Shown here: positions 57,320-64,000 of the stretch, piece after piece
How the letters are laid out: each line of letters starts with the position of its first letter
Position numbering within the stretch: the first letter of the stretch is position 1
Source of the DNA: the human T2T-CHM13v2.0 reference genome, Homo sapiens
Assembly (NCBI RefSeq): GCF_009914755.1
Contig: NC_060937.1
Strand: one strand, 5' to 3'
Length of the DNA stretch: 64,000 nucleotides
The notes under the pieces: generated by a model
Told to the model about the DNA's origin: nothing
Seen by the model: only the letters and a program-made list of their open reading frames with translations
Database searches by the model: none
Translations under genes and position numbers: made by a program

Positions 57320-58399
57320 TCATCCCAGAGAGATCCAGTGGATTCAAAATATTTCTCAACTAAAATCCTAGCATTCATTAAGCAATTTTACATTCTAAGA
57401 AAAACTGCTCTGGAAGCTTTAGGTTGCCAGGTAAGATACTCCCACCATGAACTAATCAGGCAAATGCCCAGAAGAACTTCAGCCTTCTCAGGCAACGTTT
57501 ACGGAGCTCATGACTTTGGGCAAACAGCAATCACAACACTGGCAATGAGAATGCTGTGCACAGTCCTGGAGCACCTGGCCAGAATGTGGAAGCACTGGCA
57601 GGTGCCCAGGGGTACTCAGGTGTGCCACCAGTAATGAGAACAGCTGGTACCCAGTGGGGAGCCATTGTGGGCAGCAGCAACTGCTCTGGGCAAATCATCC
57701 TCAGCTGGTCCTTAACATCACTACCCAGCAACAGCAATCCCCATTGGAATGCTCAAGTCCCCATCTGAGTGCTGAACAGCTGCAGCCTGAGGCTCCAAGG
57801 GAGAGTACTCTCTGTGGACTATAGAAATGGTAGGGAGGAGACAGCCCTGGGCCAGAGGATGCAGCTAAAAATCTCTGAGCAAAAACCACCTCCTGTCAAC
57901 CACCAAAGGGAGAAATGGAGTCTAGTCTTGCTTCTCAAATTTGACTATGTGTCACTGTGACGGTAACTCTTATGTCTTTATAGAAGGAAGAGGGATGGAA
58001 GGACTGGCCCCTGCCTGCTCCAAGCACTGCCACTGTGTAATAGGACAACCATAGGTTGACAGGTACCCAACAGAGTACGGATCAGCACTGCCCAACTCTG
58101 GGACGTGCCATTCTACCATATCCACAAGGCCAGTGTGAATGCCAAGCCACAGAAGACAGCAGAGCATGGGCTGAGTCGTCAGTGGGCAGGAACAGGGCTT
58201 CCCCTACAGAAGCCCGGGCTGCAGCCCTCCCAGTGGTGTTCAGGCCCCTCAGGCACACCAGCAAGACCGTACTCTTTCCCCACTAGGCCACCGAAGAGAA
58301 CCCTGGAAGGGAGCAGGGCGTGTGTGAGGTCTCTGGTTTGCTGTTTGACTCCTTCTGGCATTCAGTTCCATCCCTCTCCTCCCACCCTTCCCCAAATTC

Positions 58400-58705
58400 C
58401 ACTTACTTCAATATCTCCATTCAAATGCCTGCTTCTCTTCTAAGAGAGGCATATTGCCCCACCCTCTCCTTCCCCACTTACAGAGAGCTCTATCAGAATT
58501 TACCCCCACGTTCTCTGGCACTTTGCTTCAATCTCCAGCAGGGCACTTGCTCTGAGCTGCCTTTCCTTCTAGTTAGTTGAGTTCAAGTCTGTGGACTGCA
58601 GACTCCATAAAGGAGCTGGGACCATCCCCTCCTTTGGTGCCTGGAACAGTAGTTTGCACAATAAATATTCTGAGGATGCTCAATAAATATTTTTTGAATG
58701 AAATT
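58400..58705 (+). mobile_element. L2 3' fragment
   Basis: TTCAAATGCC...GACTGCAGACTCCAT...GTGCCTGG...GCTCAATAAATATTTTTTGAATGAA. Confidence 0.65.
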
Positions 58706-59444
58706 CATTCCTTCTCTGCCTGTCATTGAGTTGTGGAGGTGAAGAAAGTTCAGGTTCTTTTGGCACTTCCTTGGGACCCTCCGGACCCAAAGCAGTTAAG
58801 TTCTTGTGTGTTAATGAGATGAAGAAAAGAACCCAGCCCTTGGGATCCCTGGTTGTCATCTGATTATGCTCTGTTTGGCTTCTTGCAAAAAATGCCCAAG
58901 CACCATCCGCTTGCTCCAGTTCTGCTTTCATTCCAATGCTTGCCAGAGACCAGCTTAATTTAATTTTGCTCCCACAATGTGATGTTCACACAAAAATCTT
59001 GAATGTTTCACACTTGCCAATGTTTGAACATGGATTTCTTTTACACTCTCCGTTATATTTTCTTCTGGAGGCTTAGTTTGGCAAATTCCGCCATTTCCTT
59101 TAAGAGAAGTGCTGTCTCTGCCAATAAAAAAAATGTTTCAAGCCAAAATCCTTTCTTCCATACATACGTACAAGCAGAGTGTATACACCTCATGCATAAT
59201 CCAATGCAGGATCTCACTGTCCTATGGAGGGTGTAGGGGGGAAGAAGGTTGGTGGTGTCCTTGCTCACTGGGACAGTCGCCCAGGGGACACGAGACATAT
59301 ACAGCCAGTCTCCTTGTGCCTACCAGGGTCTGGCAGCCCATTAGAAGGAGCCCAGCCCCAGCAAATTAGGGGTTGGGTAAGCAGCTGTGGAGCCTTTTAC
59401 TTCAGGGATCTTGTCATTCGATGCCTCAGCCTTAGCTTTCCAGT

Positions 59445-59492
59445 GCATGCACACATGAGCACGTGCACGCATGCACACACACACACACACAC
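59445..59492. repeat. (CA)n with adjacent alternating purine-pyrimidine run
   Basis: TGCATGCACACATG.GCACGTGCACGCATGCACACACACAC... Confidence 0.9.
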
Positions 59493-60573
59493 CCTGCTTT
59501 TTGCCTGCCAGAGAGCAAGAAAGCTATTGCCAGCCATAGGACAGCCAAGAGCAGAGTTGCAGCTGCATCCAGGATGGTCCTGAAGGAGAGGGGTGGAAAG
59601 CGCTCTTCTCCCAACCACGCTCTTTGTCCTTAAGGGGTGTCCAAATCACTGATGCAGCCTGAAAAGAAAATGTACACGCACGCTGAACAAACTCTGGTGC
59701 AAGAACCAAACAGGACCCCCTCATTGCCTGAAAGCTATTCAGTAGAGGGTGATGTAAGACAATTTAATCCTTCCGTGGGCAGAGGACCTTGTGCACAGAG
59801 GGGCAGAGCTAGTGCAACACGAGCTCACTCCCATGGAGGAGTCCATGGCAGAAGGCACAGTTCACTGGCAGGGCACGATCCTAGGGTCATTTTCAGGATT
59901 CGCTTCGCAGCTGCGGTAGCTACTGACGTGGGAGTAAAGGGTCTCTTCATTGCCTTGTAGGTGGTTAGATGTCTGGACAAGTGTAGTTCACAACATGCCA
60001 CGGCAACTAAAAATGATACAACAGCAAGACAAAAAAGAAAAGTAGGAAAAAAGAAAGGGAGAGAGGGAGGGAGGGAAGGAGAGAAGAAAATTTTAAGTCT
60101 CCACTTCCCGCAGACTTAAGCATTCTGGTAGAAGAATCAGCGTATCTTGCTCAGGAATAAAGTTGCCTGTATGGAGGGATGAGAAGCAGAGGTGTCTCTG
60201 AGGCCCAGGTTGATGGCAGCCCCCACAGGTGTCAGGTGAGAAAGAGAGAACTTCCAAGTGTCAGTGCCACAGAAGGACCCAAAAGTCTCTTCCTCACCTC
60301 ATCAGCTCCTAAGTCTCCGTGGATACGGCTGGGTGGAGCGGGAGGATGATCACAGGGTTTAGAGACAAAAAGCTGAGATATTGAGTCCTTGTTCTTTTCT
60401 TCCTTATTATACAATTGTCACGATTATAAAAAAATTCCTTTAGCCTCTTTGAATACAGGGTCTCGTAGGTGGTGGCCACAGGGAAACAGGAATTTAAACT
60501 GAAAAAGTAAACTGGAAATGGCCAGCTGCTGATCAATGGGCAAAACGTTCCAGCTAAGCAGGACTTGGAAGCT

Positions 60574-60692
60574 CTAGAGATCCCTGTACAACACAGTACC
60601 TGTGGTTAATAATGTATTGTACACTTAAAATTTTTAAGAGGGTAGATTTCATGTTAAGAGCTCTCACTAAAATAAAATAACATAACATAAAC
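60574..60692 (+). mobile_element. L1MA/L1MB 3'-terminal fragment
   Basis: CTAGAGATC.CTGTACAACA...GTTAATAAT...GTATTGTACACTTAAAATTT..AAGAGGGTAGAT...TCTCAC plus A-rich tail. Confidence 0.85.
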
Positions 60693-60917
60693 TGAATCCA
60701 TCAGCTGTACAGCAAAAGAAGTCAATCGGAGCAAAATCTTCACAGCCCAGTTTGCCAGGCACAGAACGCTGTGGCCCTTCTCTGACGGTTCTGCCTCTCG
60801 AGGAGATATTGGCTTCACTTTTCCTTGACTCCTTGGCACAGAGATCCAGAAGGCACGCTACACTCCAGAGCATTCCCACCTCTGCATCCCTCTAAGCTGC
60901 CTTGGTGATGCCAGCTA

Positions 60918-61241
<324 letters not shown>

Positions 61242-61515
61242 GAAAAGTCACTTACCAGAAGCTGAGGCACATTCCCCAGGAGGAGGCCTGATTTTCTGAA
61301 ACAATCCTCACTCATCTCAGCAATGACTGGGAGGAATCCAAAGACCTCTGGCCAGCTCATGAATTGTGGCAGGCAGAGCCCTGATGCATTTTTAAAACAT
61401 CAAAGTAATTTATTAGACTCAGTTGATATTGTTGACAGATTTATTGAAGTATAGTTGACATATGATAAACCACACATATTAAAGTGTACAGTTAAAAAGT
61501 TTTGACAAATGTATA

Positions 61516-61976
61516 TGTGAATAATGGCCCCACCAAAGATACCCCTGTCCTAATTCCTGGAACCTGTAACTGTGTTACCTTACATGATAAAAGGGACTAA
61601 AAAAGGGACTTTGCCGATGTGAAGACGTTAAGGATCCTGAGATGGGGAAAGTATCCTGGATTACTCGACTGAGCCTGATCTACTCACTAGGGCCCATCCT
61701 CATAAGACAGAGACAGGAAAGTCAAAGTGAGGAGACAATTAGGTGACCATGAAGCAGAGACCGATGTGATGTAGACACGAGCTAAGGAATGTGGGCAACC
61801 TCTGGAAACTGGAAGAGGCAAGAAAACAGATTTTCCCCTAGAACCTAGCTCCATTAGGAAGCAGCCCTGCTAACACCTTGATTTTAGCTCCCATATTCGT
61901 TTTGTACTTCTGGCCTCCAGATTTAAACCACTAAATTTGTAGTAATTTGTTGTAGAAGCAGTAGCAAACTAATACA
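61516..61976 (+). mobile_element. MLT1D-like solo LTR
   Basis: TG...GAATAATGGCCCC...TAATTCCTGGAACCTGT...AAAAGGGACTTTGC...AAACTAATACA; 5-bp TSD GTATA at 61511-61515 and 61977-61981. Confidence 0.92.
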
Positions 61977-62110
61977 GTATATATCCATGAAACCATCAAC
62001 ACAATCAAGATACGAATATGTACTTCCTTCCCACCTTCACCCACTGTCCCCAGGTAACCACTGCTTTCAGTCACTACAGTTTAGTTTGCATTCTCTAGAA
62101 TTTCATATAA

Positions 62111-62515
<405 letters not shown>

Positions 62516-63002
62516 TGATTGTTGAGTAGTATTCTAATGTATATACAGTACAGTCATGCATCACTTCACAATGGATACATTCTAAGAAATGCATCATTAG
62601 ATTATTTTCTCATGCGAACTTCATAGAGTGTACTTACACAAATCTAGATGGTAGAGTCCACTGTACATGTAGGCTATATGGTATGGCCTGTGGCTCCTAG
62701 GCTACAAACTGTACAGCATGTTACTGTACTGAATACTATAGGCAATTGTAGCACAATGGTATGTGTGTATCAAAATATATCAAACATAGAAAAGGTATGG
62801 TAAAAATATGGCATAAAAGACTTTCAATGGTGCACCTAGATAGGGTACTTACCATGAATGGAGCTTGCAGGACTGGAAGTTTTTCTAGGTGCATCAGTGA
62901 GTGAGTAGTGAGTGAATGTGAAGGCCTAGGACATTACTACACACTACTGGAGACTTATAAACACTGTACAATTAGGCTGAACTAAATTTTTTGTAATGTT
63001 TC

Positions 63003-63309
63003 TTTTTTTTTTTTTTCAAGAGATGGGGTCTTGCTCTGTCACCCAGGCTAGAGTGCAATGGCACAATCATAGGATCACAGCTCACTGCAGCCTCAAACTA
63101 GTTGGCTCAAGCAATCCTCCTACCTCAGCCTCCCCAATTGCTGGGACTACCAGAATGTACCACCAAACCCAGCTATCTTTTTAATTTTTTGTAGAGATGG
63201 GGTCTCACTATGTTTCCCAGGTTTGTCTCAAACTCCTGGGCTCAAGCGATTCTCCCACCTCAGCCTCCCAAAATGCTGGGATTACAGGCATGAGCCACCA
63301 TACCTGGCC
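63003..63309 (-). mobile_element. Alu (AluJ-like)
   Basis: Antisense dimer; flanks TGTTTCTTT. Confidence 0.96.
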
Positions 63310-63369
63310 TGTTTCTTTCTTCAGAAATAAATTAACTGTAGCTTAGTTTACTGTAACGTTTTTACTTTA

Positions 63370-63681
<312 letters not shown>

Positions 63682-64000
63682 TTTGCACTTTTTGACTCTT
63701 TTGTAGTAAGACTTAGCTTAAAACACAAACATATTGTACAGCCGTACAAACATATTTTCTCTCTGAATATTCCTATTTGAAAAACTATTTTTTACTTTTT
63801 AAAACATTTTTGTTAAAAAATAAGACATGTACACATTAGCCTAGGCCTATACATGGTCAGGATCATTAATATCTGTCTTCACCTCCACATCTTGTCCCAT
63901 TGGAAGGTCTTCAGGGGCAGTAAGATACATGGAGCTGTCATCTCCTGTGATAACAACGCCTTCTGGAATACGTCCTGAAGGCCCTACCTGGGGTTGTTTT

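Overview
This is primate genomic DNA, probably human or another hominoid, and it looks intronic or intergenic. It contains about 20 Alu-derived segments (J-, S- and one Y-type), a 3.7-kb 5'-truncated L1PA with a dead ORF2, and older L1M, L2, MIR and CR1-like fragments. It also has MaLR solo LTRs (THE1, MLT1), DNA transposons (MER1, MER2, MER5, MER44, Tigger3) and microsatellites. I found no recognisable host protein-coding exon, RNA gene, CpG island or CRISPR array. Nearly all ORFs in the supplied track are repeat-derived or chance ORFs. I found no convincing new biological system. The most notable unexplained structures are a perfect 30-bp-arm hairpin at 9384-9451, a fold-back Alu remnant at 46521-46570, a roughly 295-nt polypurine tract inside a triple-nested element, a composite nuclear-receptor motif at 51291-51310, and several repeat-free, motif-dense enhancer candidates. 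Repeat subfamily calls come from remembered consensus sequences, and boundaries of old elements are approximate.
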